64,000 nt of DNA from Bacilli bacterium (GCA_900758495.1 CAAERO010000005.1:16189-80188), one strand, 5' to 3'. Counted from the stretch's first letter, positions 38,697 to 47,722 are shown. Notes: generated from the letters alone by a model not told the origin. Numbers and translations are program-made.

Positions 38697-39386
38697 TTAA
38701 CCTCCCATTACTTCGTTATAATACCAATTTGAAAGTTCTACTAGAAGATCTAAAGTATTTTGATAATTGGTATTAATTGAGTTATAACTATCTTTAGCTA
38801 AGAAGAAAATACTTGATTTACTTATGTCATTCGTAAAATAATAATTATCAGCACTTTCTAAGTTTGAAGTAATATAACTATTACTTGATAATTGTTCATT
38901 AATAGTTGTTTTGATAAATGGTCTTATAGCTTTTAAACTTTCTATATTGAAGCTATTACTTTCATCAATAAATGCATTTAATTGCATTACAACACAATCA
39001 TTTAAAATATTATTTTGATAAAATTTTCCTAATTTATAAACATCACTTAACTCTATACTTTGTTTACTAGCTAATTCTTTATATTCATTACTTTCAAATA
39101 CTTTAACACAATTATTTAATTTTATTTGAATACTATTCATATCATATACATTATTTTTTCCTTGATACGAATTTTGTTGGTATGAATTTATATTAGTCTT
39201 TATCTTATCTAATTTCTCTTGTGTTTTTTGTGCATTTGCAATTACTTCACTACTAACATCAACTTTTGTACTTAATTCTCTGTAGTGGTAGAAATTTATA
39301 AATAATAAGAAAAAAGAAAAACCAAATACTAAACCAGTCAAGGCATAAGCAAATATATTTATATATTCTAATAACATTTTTTTCAT
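38697..39386 (-). CDS. hypothetical single-pass membrane protein (229 aa)
   Basis: One N-terminal TM followed by a helical ectodomain. Its start overlaps the upstream stop (TAATG). Confidence 0.5.
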   Translation of the reverse strand: MKKMLLEYINIFAYALTGLVFGFSFFLLFINFYHYRELSTKVDVSSEVIANAQKTQEKLDKIKTNINSYQQNSYQGKNNVYDMNSIQIKLNNCVKVFESNEYKELASKQSIELSDVYKLGKFYQNNILNDCVVMQLNAFIDESNSFNIESLKAIRPFIKTTINEQLSSNSYITSNLESADNYYFTNDISKSSIFFLAKDSYNSINTNYQNTLDLLVELSNWYYNEVMGG

Positions 39387-39901
39387 TAATTATTCTCCTT
39401 TACTATTATGTTGACTTTATAAGCATAGTTTTTATTTTCCCAAGTACCCTTTTCTAATGAATCTGGTATATATACTTTAAGTTCATAATTATTAATTTTT
39501 CCAGCCATAATGTATCTTTCATCTAAAATATTATCTTTTAACTTTGCTAAGTTTCCTTTTTTTATAATTTTACCATTAAGCATTAATTCATAACTTAATT
39601 GACTTTTAGAAAGCTTGTCTTCTGTAATGTTAACTTCTTCAAAAACTACTTTATAAGAACTTTTAAAATCATTGACATTCTTGATACTAAATTTATAATT
39701 TGGAATAGATTGCGCTTCACTTTCAGTCGTTGGTACTAAATTTTCAGTTAATGCTACCTCGTCACTTTCTTTTTGTACTTGTAATGTGTTTATTTTTCCA
39801 ATATCACCATAGTAAAAGACTTTATACCAAAGAAATGATGTGCAAATTACAAAAGCAAAAAGAAGAATTCCTCCTAAAGTAAGAAATATTTTTTTTGTCA
39901 T
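39386..39901 (-). CDS. hypothetical N-terminally anchored beta-rich protein (171 aa), distant member of the SipW-client-like family
   Basis: One TM, then blocks YKFSIKN, LSYELMLNG and YELKVYIPD...YAYKVNIIV. These echo Y.FDF.V, (V/I)KVYL and YRLRMWV...Y.LKVNVYG of the paralogues. Its start overlaps the sipW stop (TAATG). Confidence 0.45.
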   Translation of the reverse strand: MTKKIFLTLGGILLFAFVICTSFLWYKVFYYGDIGKINTLQVQKESDEVALTENLVPTTESEAQSIPNYKFSIKNVNDFKSSYKVVFEEVNITEDKLSKSQLSYELMLNGKIIKKGNLAKLKDNILDERYIMAGKINNYELKVYIPDSLEKGTWENKNYAYKVNIIVKENN

Positions 39902-40650
39902 TACTTATATCTTCCCCTTTCTGTTTTTGCATTATTATCTATTTTTTTTGTTTTTTCTTTTGTTTTTGGTACTTCTTTACTTTTATTTTCTTTCTTATTA
40001 TTAGGATCATTTTTTATGGTCTTAATTATTTTAACTATATCTGCTCCAATAATTCCTACTGTTGGAACAATAATTAATAATATCCATCCTATTACACTAC
40101 TCAATATGTATTGTATATATCCAATCTTTGGTAAACGTATAAGAACTTTTCCATAAATAGTATCAAAAGTCTGACGAGAAGCATCTTCTGTATTATTAGC
40201 ATCTCCTTTTGTTGTAAATAAATACTTACCATCATCTGTTTTTTCTATTTTTCTAACTCTATGTGTAACGGTCACTCCCGAACTGCGATAATCTGTTGAA
40301 TTAAAAGTTATTACATCTCCAACTTTTATTTTTGAGGGATCCTTTACTCTCATTGTTACAATTACATCTAACACATTTATATTTGGTACCATACTGGGAC
40401 TTACTATTGTATAGGCAGACACCAATGGTGGTTTTGTGATACCCTTTTTTAAATTGTTTCGCTGATCTAAAAAGTTTATAATTATCAGTAAGAACACTAA
40501 AATCATTATTAGTAAAACTGAGTACATAATAATTGTAAATATATAGTGTGCTATTCTTTTCAATTTTTCAAATAAAGAAAGATTAGAAAAGGGTACTGCA
40601 ATAGCTATTTCATTATCATTCAAATTCATCACCCACTTATCATTCTCCAC
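39901..40650 (-). CDS. sipW: signal peptidase I, SipW (ER/archaeal) type
   Basis: Catalytic Ser box IVSPSMVP, His box VTHRV and TKGDANNTED. There is one TM before and one after the catalytic domain, plus a Lys-rich tail. Confidence 0.85.
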   Translation of the reverse strand: MENDKWVMNLNDNEIAIAVPFSNLSLFEKLKRIAHYIFTIIMYSVLLIMILVFLLIIINFLDQRNNLKKGITKPPLVSAYTIVSPSMVPNINVLDVIVTMRVKDPSKIKVGDVITFNSTDYRSSGVTVTHRVRKIEKTDDGKYLFTTKGDANNTEDASRQTFDTIYGKVLIRLPKIGYIQYILSSVIGWILLIIVPTVGIIGADIVKIIKTIKNDPNNKKENKSKEVPKTKEKTKKIDNNAKTERGRYK

Positions 40651-40693
40651 TATTATAAGTGTATCACATCTTTATTTTTTTTTAAATAGAAGT

Positions 40694-41329
40694 TTATTGT
40701 TTAGATTTAGCTTTGGCATTTGCATGAAGTGCCACTTGAACTGTAAATATTCTTTGGGTTGCATCAACTTTAGTATTTTCATCTACCCACATTCTTAAGC
40801 GATAATTATCAGTTTTGCTAGTATCAACTGTATTCTTATATAATAACATTGTTCCTTTTTCACTTCCAATATCTGTTAATGAAGTTAATGGTGTGAAATG
40901 TTTAGGTTTCATTACTTCTTCATATGTTCCGCCATTTTTCTTTTCTAAATATAATTTTACTTCATTATTTTTTAAAGTTGAATTCTCCTGCTTTTGTCCA
41001 GAAATTTCATATGTAATAGTTGCATTTCCTTGAATAGTTGATGTTACACTGAAGTCGAAATATTGATTGGTGGCAGACATTGTTTTTCCACTTTCATCTG
41101 TCATCGGCATTGCATTAGTAATTGTTATTCCGTTAGTGTCTTCAGTATAGTCTAGTGATATCCTTCCAGTAGTGATAGAGTTTGTTTTATCTCCTTTTTT
41201 TGTTACTGTTACTGATATAGCGGATATACCTATTATTAATAAGATTAATAATAATAAAATAATAAGTGTAAAATATAATTTCCCGTTTTTTTCCTCTTTT
41301 AGTTCTTCTTTTCTCTCTTTATTTTTCAT
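40694..41329 (-). CDS. SipW-client-like secreted protein, divergent paralogue 4
   Basis: Charged N-terminus, TM ending IGISAISVTV, then ITTGRISLDYTEDTNGITITNAMPMTDESGK, YFDFSV, ITY, VKLYL and YRLRMWVDEN. RBS AGGAG before the ATG at 41329. Confidence 0.55.
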   Translation of the reverse strand: MKNKERKEELKEEKNGKLYFTLIILLLLILLIIGISAISVTVTKKGDKTNSITTGRISLDYTEDTNGITITNAMPMTDESGKTMSATNQYFDFSVTSTIQGNATITYEISGQKQENSTLKNNEVKLYLEKKNGGTYEEVMKPKHFTPLTSLTDIGSEKGTMLLYKNTVDTSKTDNYRLRMWVDENTKVDATQRIFTVQVALHANAKAKSKQ

Positions 41330-41383
41330 ATTCAAGACACTCCTATTCTGTTTAAATTGTAGCATACTTTCATTTTGTGGTAA

Positions 41384-41411
41384 AGAAAAAAGTGTCAGAG
41401 ATTAGACACTT
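41384..41411 (-). terminator. rho-independent terminator after paralogue 1
   Basis: The minus strand reads AAGTGTC-TAATCTCT-GACACTT followed by TTTTTT. The same hairpin is repeated after paralogues 2 and 3. Confidence 0.7.
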
Positions 41412-41422
41412 AACTATGTTCA

Positions 41423-42025
41423 TTATTGAGCATTTGCTTTTCCATACACGTTAACTCTTAGCTTATACGTTTGCTTAGTACTTGTATTACTATATGTATC
41501 AGCAACCCACATTCTCAAACGATAACTAGTTGATATTGAAGATTTTGTGCTTCCTGATTTCAATATAAATTGACCACTTGGAGCTCCACTCGCTTCACTA
41601 GACGATGTTGTTGTTAAGTTTGATACTAATGTTGGTTCTAACACTACATTCTTATCATCTTCACTAGTTAAATATACTTTAATTCCAGAATTCAAAGCTG
41701 AACTTGCAGAATCTACTGATGCTGTTACAGCATAATTAATAGTTGCAGTACCTTGAACAGTTGTAGCTACTGTAAAATCAAAAGTATTATTAGTACCAGT
41801 TAATTTTTTTCCTGAATCATCGGTCATTGGTAAAGCATCTGTTAAATTAATACCATTCGTTGGTTCAGTATAACTCATTGTAATAGTACCTGTTGTAACA
41901 GTATTTACCTTTGTACCTGTTTTTGAATAAGTGAATGCTGCAAAGGAAATACCAACTAATGCTACTACTAAGATTGCAACTCCTAAGATGGAAACTAGAA
42001 TCTGTTTTGAATTACTTTCGCTCAT
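41423..42025 (-). CDS. SipW-client-like secreted protein, paralogue 1 (putative fibre/surface subunit)
   Basis: The signal peptide ..ILVSILGVAILVVALVGISFAAFTYSKTG resembles the G..FAAF SipW-dependent signal of TasA/CalY. The N-terminal ~75 aa and C-terminal YRLRMWV..YKLRVNVYG are conserved, and the middle is variable. AAGGAGG RBS. Confidence 0.65.
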   Translation of the reverse strand: MSESNSKQILVSILGVAILVVALVGISFAAFTYSKTGTKVNTVTTGTITMSYTEPTNGINLTDALPMTDDSGKKLTGTNNTFDFTVATTVQGTATINYAVTASVDSASSALNSGIKVYLTSEDDKNVVLEPTLVSNLTTTSSSEASGAPSGQFILKSGSTKSSISTSYRLRMWVADTYSNTSTKQTYKLRVNVYGKANAQ

Positions 42026-42048
42026 TTGTCTAACCTCCTTACAATATA

Positions 42049-42078
42049 AAGATATCACATATATCAGCCAATTAACAA
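42049..42078 (-). promoter_or_regulatory. putative sigma-A promoter of paralogue 1 (TTGTTA, N18 including an extended TG, then TATCTT)
   Basis: The minus strand reads cacTTGTTAattggctgatatatgTGaTATCTTtatattgtAAGGAGG. The same arrangement occurs upstream of paralogue 2. Confidence 0.4.
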
Positions 42079-42091
42079 GTGATTTTTTTGT

Positions 42092-42121
42092 AAAAAAAAA
42101 AGTGTCAATAATTAGACACTT
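42092..42121 (-). terminator. rho-independent terminator after paralogue 2
   Basis: The minus strand reads AAGTGTC-TAATTATT-GACACTT followed by a T-run of 10. Confidence 0.7.
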
Positions 42122-42131
42122 TTATACATCA

Positions 42132-42737
42132 TTATTTTGCAACTGCTTGTCCATAAACATTTACTTTTAAGATATATTTTTGGCTTGTAGCTGGGACTGT
42201 ATAATCGTCAGCAACCCACATTCTTAGACGATAATTATCAGTATGAGTTCCAGTACCATAAGTACCAGTTTTTAATACATATTGATCAGCTGGTGCTCCT
42301 GCTGCATTGCCCGCAACAGTTTTAGTTAAAGCAGTAACCTTAGTAGGTGCAAGAATTTGTGCATCTTCTTGATCTGTTAGATATACTTTAACTCCACCAT
42401 CAGCAATTGTACATTCATCACCTTTTACAGCTGTTACAACATAGTTAATAGTTGTACTACCACTAACTGTTGCAGATACTGTAAAATCAAAAGTATTATT
42501 AGCCCCTGTTAGTGCCTTACCAGCTGTATCAGTTATAGGAAGAGCATCTGTTAAATTAATACCATTTGTTGGTTCAGTATAACTCATTGTAATAGTACCT
42601 GTTGTAATAGTATTTGCTACATTACCAGTCTTTGAATAACTAAATGCAGCAAATGAAATTCCTACCACAGCTACTATTAAAATTGCAACTCCTAAAATTG
42701 ATACAAGAACTTGCTTTGATGAATTGCTATTGTTCAT
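42132..42737 (-). CDS. SipW-client-like secreted protein, paralogue 2
   Basis: Signal ..VLVSILGVAILIVAVVGISFAAFSYSKTG. TGTITMSYTEPTNGINLTDALPITD is identical or near-identical to paralogues 1 and 3. C-terminal YRLRMWVADDY..YILKVNVYG. Confidence 0.65.
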   Translation of the reverse strand: MNNSNSSKQVLVSILGVAILIVAVVGISFAAFSYSKTGNVANTITTGTITMSYTEPTNGINLTDALPITDTAGKALTGANNTFDFTVSATVSGSTTINYVVTAVKGDECTIADGGVKVYLTDQEDAQILAPTKVTALTKTVAGNAAGAPADQYVLKTGTYGTGTHTDNYRLRMWVADDYTVPATSQKYILKVNVYGQAVAK

Positions 42738-42762
42738 CTTTGTCTAACCTCCTTACAATATA

Positions 42763-42792
42763 AAGATATCACAAAGATATAATATTTAACAA
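42763..42792 (-). promoter_or_regulatory. putative sigma-A promoter of paralogue 2
   Basis: The minus strand reads TTGTTA (42792-42787), an 18-nt spacer containing TG, then TATCTT (42768-42763). Confidence 0.4.
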
Positions 42793-42811
42793 GTATTTTT
42801 TTCAAAACAAA

Positions 42812-42837
42812 GAAAAAGTGTCAGAGATTAGACACTT
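42812..42837 (-). terminator. rho-independent terminator after paralogue 3
   Basis: The minus strand reads AAGTGTC-TAATCTCT-GACACTT followed by TTTTC. Confidence 0.65.
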
Positions 42838-42848
42838 TAATAGCTAAA

Positions 42849-43487
42849 CTATTGAGCTTTAGCAGCACCATAAACATTAACTTTTAAGATATACTTATGT
42901 TGAGCAGCAAATTCTGTAGTGTTAGCACCACCAGCTTGTTGACCATAATTTGCATCTACCCACATTCTTAAACGATAATTATCTGTTCCTGTAGCAGTAT
43001 AGTTTCCTGTTTTAAGAATATATTGATCAGCTGGTGCTCCAGCATCATTTCCAGCAACAGTTTTATTTAATTGAGATACTAGTTTAGGTGCAAATACAGC
43101 AGTTTCAGTTTCTCCACTTGTTGCTGTTAAGTAAACCTTAACTCCTGTATCTGGAAGATCACTAGCAGCATCTTTTACAGCACTAATTACATAGTTAATG
43201 TTAGTATCACCAGCAATAGTAGCTCCTACTGTAAAATCAAAAGTTTTTCCATCACCTTTTAATGCTTTACCAGCATCATCTGTGATAGGAAGTGCATCTG
43301 TTAAACTGATACCATTTGTTGGTTCAGTATAAGTCATTGTAATAGTACCAGTTGTAATAGTATTTGATACTTCACCAGTTTTTGAATAACTAAATGCAGC
43401 GAATGAAATACCTACTACAGCTACTACTAGAATTGCAACTCCTAGTACAGATAATAGAATCTGCTTTGATGAATTGTTATTGTTCAT
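42849..43487 (-). CDS. SipW-client-like secreted protein, paralogue 3
   Basis: Signal ..ILLSVLGVAILVVAVVGISFAAFSYSKTG, the same conserved N- and C-terminal blocks, and a longer variable middle. Confidence 0.65.
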   Translation of the reverse strand: MNNNNSSKQILLSVLGVAILVVAVVGISFAAFSYSKTGEVSNTITTGTITMTYTEPTNGISLTDALPITDDAGKALKGDGKTFDFTVGATIAGDTNINYVISAVKDAASDLPDTGVKVYLTATSGETETAVFAPKLVSQLNKTVAGNDAGAPADQYILKTGNYTATGTDNYRLRMWVDANYGQQAGGANTTEFAAQHKYILKVNVYGAAKAQ

Positions 43488-43513
43488 CTTTGTCTAACCT
43501 CCTTTACAATACA

Positions 43514-43542
43514 AATATAACACAGTTAGCAAGGCAAGGCAA
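43514..43542 (-). promoter_or_regulatory. putative sigma-A promoter of paralogue 3 (TTGCCT, N17 with TG, then TATATT)
   Basis: The minus strand reads TTGCCTtgccttgctaacTGtgtTATATTtgtattgtaAAGGAGG. Confidence 0.35.
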
Positions 43543-43559
43543 GATGTATTTTGTATTTT

Positions 43560-44315
43560 TTAGTGTAGTTTTGTAAATAAAGACAGGGCATTTTTAGTTG
43601 TTTCATTTTCAATAATATTTGTATCTAGATTTAATTCAGTAGCTATAAATCTAGCTATTATCGGTATATTTTTAGAGGTATTTATTTCTCCCCTATATGG
43701 AACTGGAGAAAGATAGGGGCTATCTGTTTCTAAAACTATATTTTCTAGGCTTAGCTGTTTTATTGTATCCTTTAAATGGCAATTTTTAAATGTTATAATT
43801 CCACCAATTCCAAGTAAATATCCCATTTTTATATATTGACAAGCAGTTTCATAACTTCCACTAAAACAATGAATAATTCCTTTTACTTTATATTTTTTTA
43901 AAATAGTTATAGTATCGTTCGTAGCTTCTCTTGTATGAATAACTACTGGCAAATTATATTTTTCTGCTAAAGCTAATTGTTTTTCAAATAATTCCTTTTG
44001 TTTTTCCTTATTTTCAGTAGAATAATAATAATCTAAACCTATTTCACCAATTCCTACTATTTTATTAATTAGTATTAAACTTTCTATTTTTTGTAGATCT
44101 GTATCTATAATTTTATTTGCTTCTTCTGGATGATATCCAATTGTAGCATAAACAGATGGAAAATTATTAATTATTTCTATTGTCTCATCTAAATCTTCTT
44201 TAGTGCAACCAGAAATAATAGTTTTTTCTACTCCTGCTTTTATATTTTCTTCTACTACATTTGAAATATTATCATAATCATTTTTACTTAAATGACAGTG
44301 TGTATCTATAAACAT
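43560..44315 (-). CDS. tatD: TatD-family metal-dependent DNase/hydrolase (YabD)
   Basis: MFIDTHCHL N-terminal His motif, GEIGLDYY and ETDSPYL. Confidence 0.9.
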   Translation of the reverse strand: MFIDTHCHLSKNDYDNISNVVEENIKAGVEKTIISGCTKEDLDETIEIINNFPSVYATIGYHPEEANKIIDTDLQKIESLILINKIVGIGEIGLDYYYSTENKEKQKELFEKQLALAEKYNLPVVIHTREATNDTITILKKYKVKGIIHCFSGSYETACQYIKMGYLLGIGGIITFKNCHLKDTIKQLSLENIVLETDSPYLSPVPYRGEINTSKNIPIIARFIATELNLDTNIIENETTKNALSLFTKLH

Positions 44316-44368
44316 ATTTTATTCCTTCAATCTTTTTTATTAGTATTATTTTAATAAAAGAAAATAGT

Positions 44369-44554
44369 CTACCTATTTAGCAAACTATTCTTATTTTTCT
44401 TTTTATAAATGTAAATTCTTATAAAATAAACAGTCAAAAATATTGCATACGATATGTCTAAAATGTTACGTTCATCAATTGCAGTAATTACAATACCAAT
44501 ATACAGCAATATAAAGGCCAAATGACATATTCCAACGCCTTTTGATTCATCCAT
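44369..44554 (-). CDS. possible small 2-TM membrane protein (61 aa)
   Basis: Only an ORF with two hydrophobic segments. No RBS was checked convincingly. Confidence 0.3.
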   Translation of the reverse strand: MDESKGVGICHLAFILLYIGIVITAIDERNILDISYAIFLTVYFIRIYIYKKKNKNSLLNR

Positions 44555-44652
44555 AAAAAGTAACCTCTTCCTATACTACCCATATTAGAAATATACTATT
44601 TTTGGAAAAAAATCAATAATATATTATTTTATTTTTCTTAATTTACATTTTT

Positions 44653-46173
44653 TTACAATGATTTAATATCAATTCTTTCAAATAATATTGATGGTTTATT
44701 AACAAAATATTCATTACCAACTTTAAATACTAAATCTTTATCATCTATATTTAATTGTTGTAAAATAATATCACTTGTATCTGGTAAATATGGTGATAAT
44801 AAAATTCCACAAACCCTAATTGATTCTAACAAATTATACAATACTGTCTCTAATCTATCTTTATCAGCAACATTTTTAGCTAAAATCCAAGGAGTTGTAT
44901 CATCTATATACTTATTACTGCTTCTCAATACTTCAAATATCTCACCAATAGCATTTGCCACTTGTAAATTATCCATATTTTTTAGGACATTTTTGTCTAA
45001 ATTATTTATTTTATTAATAAATTCACTATCTACTTCATTAGTAATATTTTTGTTAGTTACTTTTCCATTAAAATATTTTAATGTCATAGTCAATGTCCTG
45101 TTTACTAAATTTCCTAATATGTTTGCTAAATCGGAATTATGTTTATTTGCTAATAATTCGTTTGTAATATTTCCATCCTGCGCAAATGGTATTTCGTGTA
45201 ATAGATAATATCTTACTGTATCTACTCCAAATTTTTCTACTAAATCATCTGCGTATAGAACATTACCTTTACTTTTACTCATTTTATCATTAGCCATTAA
45301 TAACCAAGGATGACCAAATACTTTTTCTGGTAAAGGTAAATCTAAAGCCATCAATATTATTGGCCAATATATTGTATGAAATCTTAAAATATCCTTTCCT
45401 ATTAAATGTAAATTTGCAGGCCAATATTTCTTAAATTTCTCACTTTGATTTTCTGTATCATATCCTAAAAAAGTTATGTAATTTGTTAAAGCATCTATCC
45501 AAACGTAAATTACGTGCTTTGTATCAAATGGAACTGGAATACCCCACTTGAATGTTGTTCTTGAAACACATAAGTCTTGCAAACCTGGTTTTAAAAAATT
45601 TTGAATCATCTCATTTTTTCTAGACTCTGGTTCTATAAAATGTGGATGTGTCTCAATATATTCTTCTAATTGTTTCTGATATTTACTCATTCTGAAAAAA
45701 TACGCTTCTTCTTTAGATTTTGTTACTTTTCTATGGCAATCTGGGCAATGGCCATCGATTAATTGGCTATCTGTAAAAAAAGATTCGCATGGTAAACAAT
45801 ACCAGCCTTCATATTCACCTTTATATATATCTCCTTTATCATACAATTTTTGAAAAATATGTTGAACTACTTTTTCATGTTGTTCATCGGTTGTTCTTAT
45901 AAACTTGTCATAACTGGTATTCATTAAATCCCATATTCTTTTTATTTCACTTGATACTTCATCTGTAAATTTTTTTGGTGTTTTCCCTTCTAACTTTGCC
46001 TTTTCCTCTACTTTTTGTCCGTGTTCATCTGTACCAGTCTGAAAATAAACATCGTATCCTTTTAATCTTTTATAACGAGCAATTGCATCTGCTAAAACTA
46101 TCTCATAAGTATTTCCTATATGTGGTTTACCTGATGTATAAGTAATTGCTGTACTAATATAATATTTTTCCAT
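44653..46173 (-). CDS. metG: methionine--tRNA ligase, short form (no C-terminal tRNA-binding domain)
   Basis: HIGN motif (GKPHIGNTYE), KMSKS motif, and zinc knuckle CLPCESF..CPDCH. It ends after the anticodon-binding domain at 506 aa. Confidence 0.9.
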   Translation of the reverse strand: MEKYYISTAITYTSGKPHIGNTYEIVLADAIARYKRLKGYDVYFQTGTDEHGQKVEEKAKLEGKTPKKFTDEVSSEIKRIWDLMNTSYDKFIRTTDEQHEKVVQHIFQKLYDKGDIYKGEYEGWYCLPCESFFTDSQLIDGHCPDCHRKVTKSKEEAYFFRMSKYQKQLEEYIETHPHFIEPESRKNEMIQNFLKPGLQDLCVSRTTFKWGIPVPFDTKHVIYVWIDALTNYITFLGYDTENQSEKFKKYWPANLHLIGKDILRFHTIYWPIILMALDLPLPEKVFGHPWLLMANDKMSKSKGNVLYADDLVEKFGVDTVRYYLLHEIPFAQDGNITNELLANKHNSDLANILGNLVNRTLTMTLKYFNGKVTNKNITNEVDSEFINKINNLDKNVLKNMDNLQVANAIGEIFEVLRSSNKYIDDTTPWILAKNVADKDRLETVLYNLLESIRVCGILLSPYLPDTSDIILQQLNIDDKDLVFKVGNEYFVNKPSILFERIDIKSL

Positions 46174-46179
46174 TTTATC

Positions 46180-46395
46180 TCTCCTTAAACAAAAAAGCTA
46201 TTGCTCAAAGGACGAAAAATTCCGCATACCACCCTGTTTACAATAACCTGTATAACTTTCTGGATTTAACGCTCCACAACGATTATATCTATGTATTGAT
46301 ACAATAACTCTGGAGTCCTAATACATAGCCTACTTACTATAAAAATAAACTACAAATATCTCCATCAATGTTTTCAACAGTGTTATTTTATCACA
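46180..46395 (-). promoter_or_regulatory. T-box leader (probably Met-specific) upstream of metG
   Basis: The minus strand contains AACAGGGTGGTATGCGGAATTTTTCGTCC, matching the T-box core (GGGTGGTACCGCG...TTCGTCC). A stem-I-like GATGGAGATATTTGTAG..CCAGAG lies upstream, along with a candidate ATG specifier (GGCTATGTA). I could not fold a convincing terminator. Confidence 0.5.
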
Positions 46396-46402
46396 AATAT
46401 AT

Positions 46403-46948
46403 TTACTCTTCAAGACATTTTTCTAAAAATTGGGCGATAATTTGTGAAATATGAATTTGTTCTTCACTAAATCTTTTACCAGTGTGTATATCTATTATTA
46501 AAACTAATCCAACGACTTCGCCGTCGGATAATATAGGGCATACTAAATAATCAAATATTTTATCTAAATATTCATCGGAGTTAATTATGTCATTATATGA
46601 AATACTATATTTAATAACTTTTTCATTATTGAGTAAAATATTTTCTAAGTTACTTGAAATACTTCTATCAATAAATTCTTTTTTCAAGGCGCCGCTTCCA
46701 CTAATGATGTTATCGCGATCTGCTATAAAAATATTACTTTTTATAGTACTAGCTATAGTATCGATTAAACTTTGAGATATTTCCTTCAAATCTGATGCAG
46801 AAGTGAACTTTTTTAAGATTATTTCTTCTTCGTTGGTGTAAATTTCTAATGATTCGCCATCTCTAATGCGTAATGTTTTTCTAATTTCTTTTGGCAATAC
46901 TATTCTCCCCAAATCATCAATTCTTCTTACTACGCCTGTTGATTTCAT
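46403..46948 (-). CDS. spoVT: stage V sporulation protein T (AbrB-type N-domain + GAF-like C-domain)
   Basis: The MKSTGVVRRIDDLGRIVLPKEIRKTLRIRDGESLEIY swapped-hairpin AbrB domain is followed by ~125 aa. Its size and its position after mfd match SpoVT. Confidence 0.8.
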   Translation of the reverse strand: MKSTGVVRRIDDLGRIVLPKEIRKTLRIRDGESLEIYTNEEEIILKKFTSASDLKEISQSLIDTIASTIKSNIFIADRDNIISGSGALKKEFIDRSISSNLENILLNNEKVIKYSISYNDIINSDEYLDKIFDYLVCPILSDGEVVGLVLIIDIHTGKRFSEEQIHISQIIAQFLEKCLEE

Positions 46949-47083
46949 AAAATGCTCCCTTCTTTCTAGCAATATTTTTCCCAAGTTTATTTATTTTATA
47001 CCATTAAAAAACCTTTATATTATTATTATATACAGGTGCTATTGCTTTTTTGTGTGGTAATTATTTCCAAAATAAAAGCACCT

Positions 47084-47722
47084 CTAATCAAAGAGATGCG
47101 AGTTTTTTTGAGTAAAAATAAAGCGCTTGGTTTGTTCATTTATTCCATTTATCAATGTAGTATTTTTCACAATAATTTTCATATCTATAGTTTTCATTAA
47201 ATCATTTGGAAATGTAATTTTAAAATATTTTATTATATATTTTACTAACTTATCTGGCATTTTATCTGTCTGATAAAAATTAGAAATATTTTCAATTAAA
47301 AAATTCATATTTTTTATTAGTTCTAGTTTTATTTCTTTTTTTAAACTTTTATCTAATGCAGATAAGTCCTTTCTCAACAATTTAATTGATCCACTTTTAC
47401 TTTTTTTAGATAACATTTCTATATAATTTTCCAAGTATTTTTTTCTAAGTTTCTCTAATGATTTTATTTTTTGTTGCATTGATAATCTATACTTTTCAAT
47501 ATAATTATCCACTTCTTGTGTATTTAATATTAGTTTATAGTCTTTACCTAAAGAAAGTAATTTTTGTTTTATTGTATCCATAGCCTCTAAAGGTGGTTTC
47601 ATAAAAATTGGTAATAAATCATCATTTATCAATGAATAAGTATTATTATTTATTAATTCCTCTAATGAATTCAAATATATTTTTAAATGCTGTTCAAATA
47701 ATTCACCTTGTTCCAGTTCCAT
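47084..47722 (-). CDS. hypothetical protein (212 aa, helical)
   Basis: A long ORF between mfd and spoVT. No family recognised. Confidence 0.5.
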   Translation of the reverse strand: MELEQGELFEQHLKIYLNSLEELINNNTYSLINDDLLPIFMKPPLEAMDTIKQKLLSLGKDYKLILNTQEVDNYIEKYRLSMQQKIKSLEKLRKKYLENYIEMLSKKSKSGSIKLLRKDLSALDKSLKKEIKLELIKNMNFLIENISNFYQTDKMPDKLVKYIIKYFKITFPNDLMKTIDMKIIVKNTTLINGINEQTKRFIFTQKNSHLFD

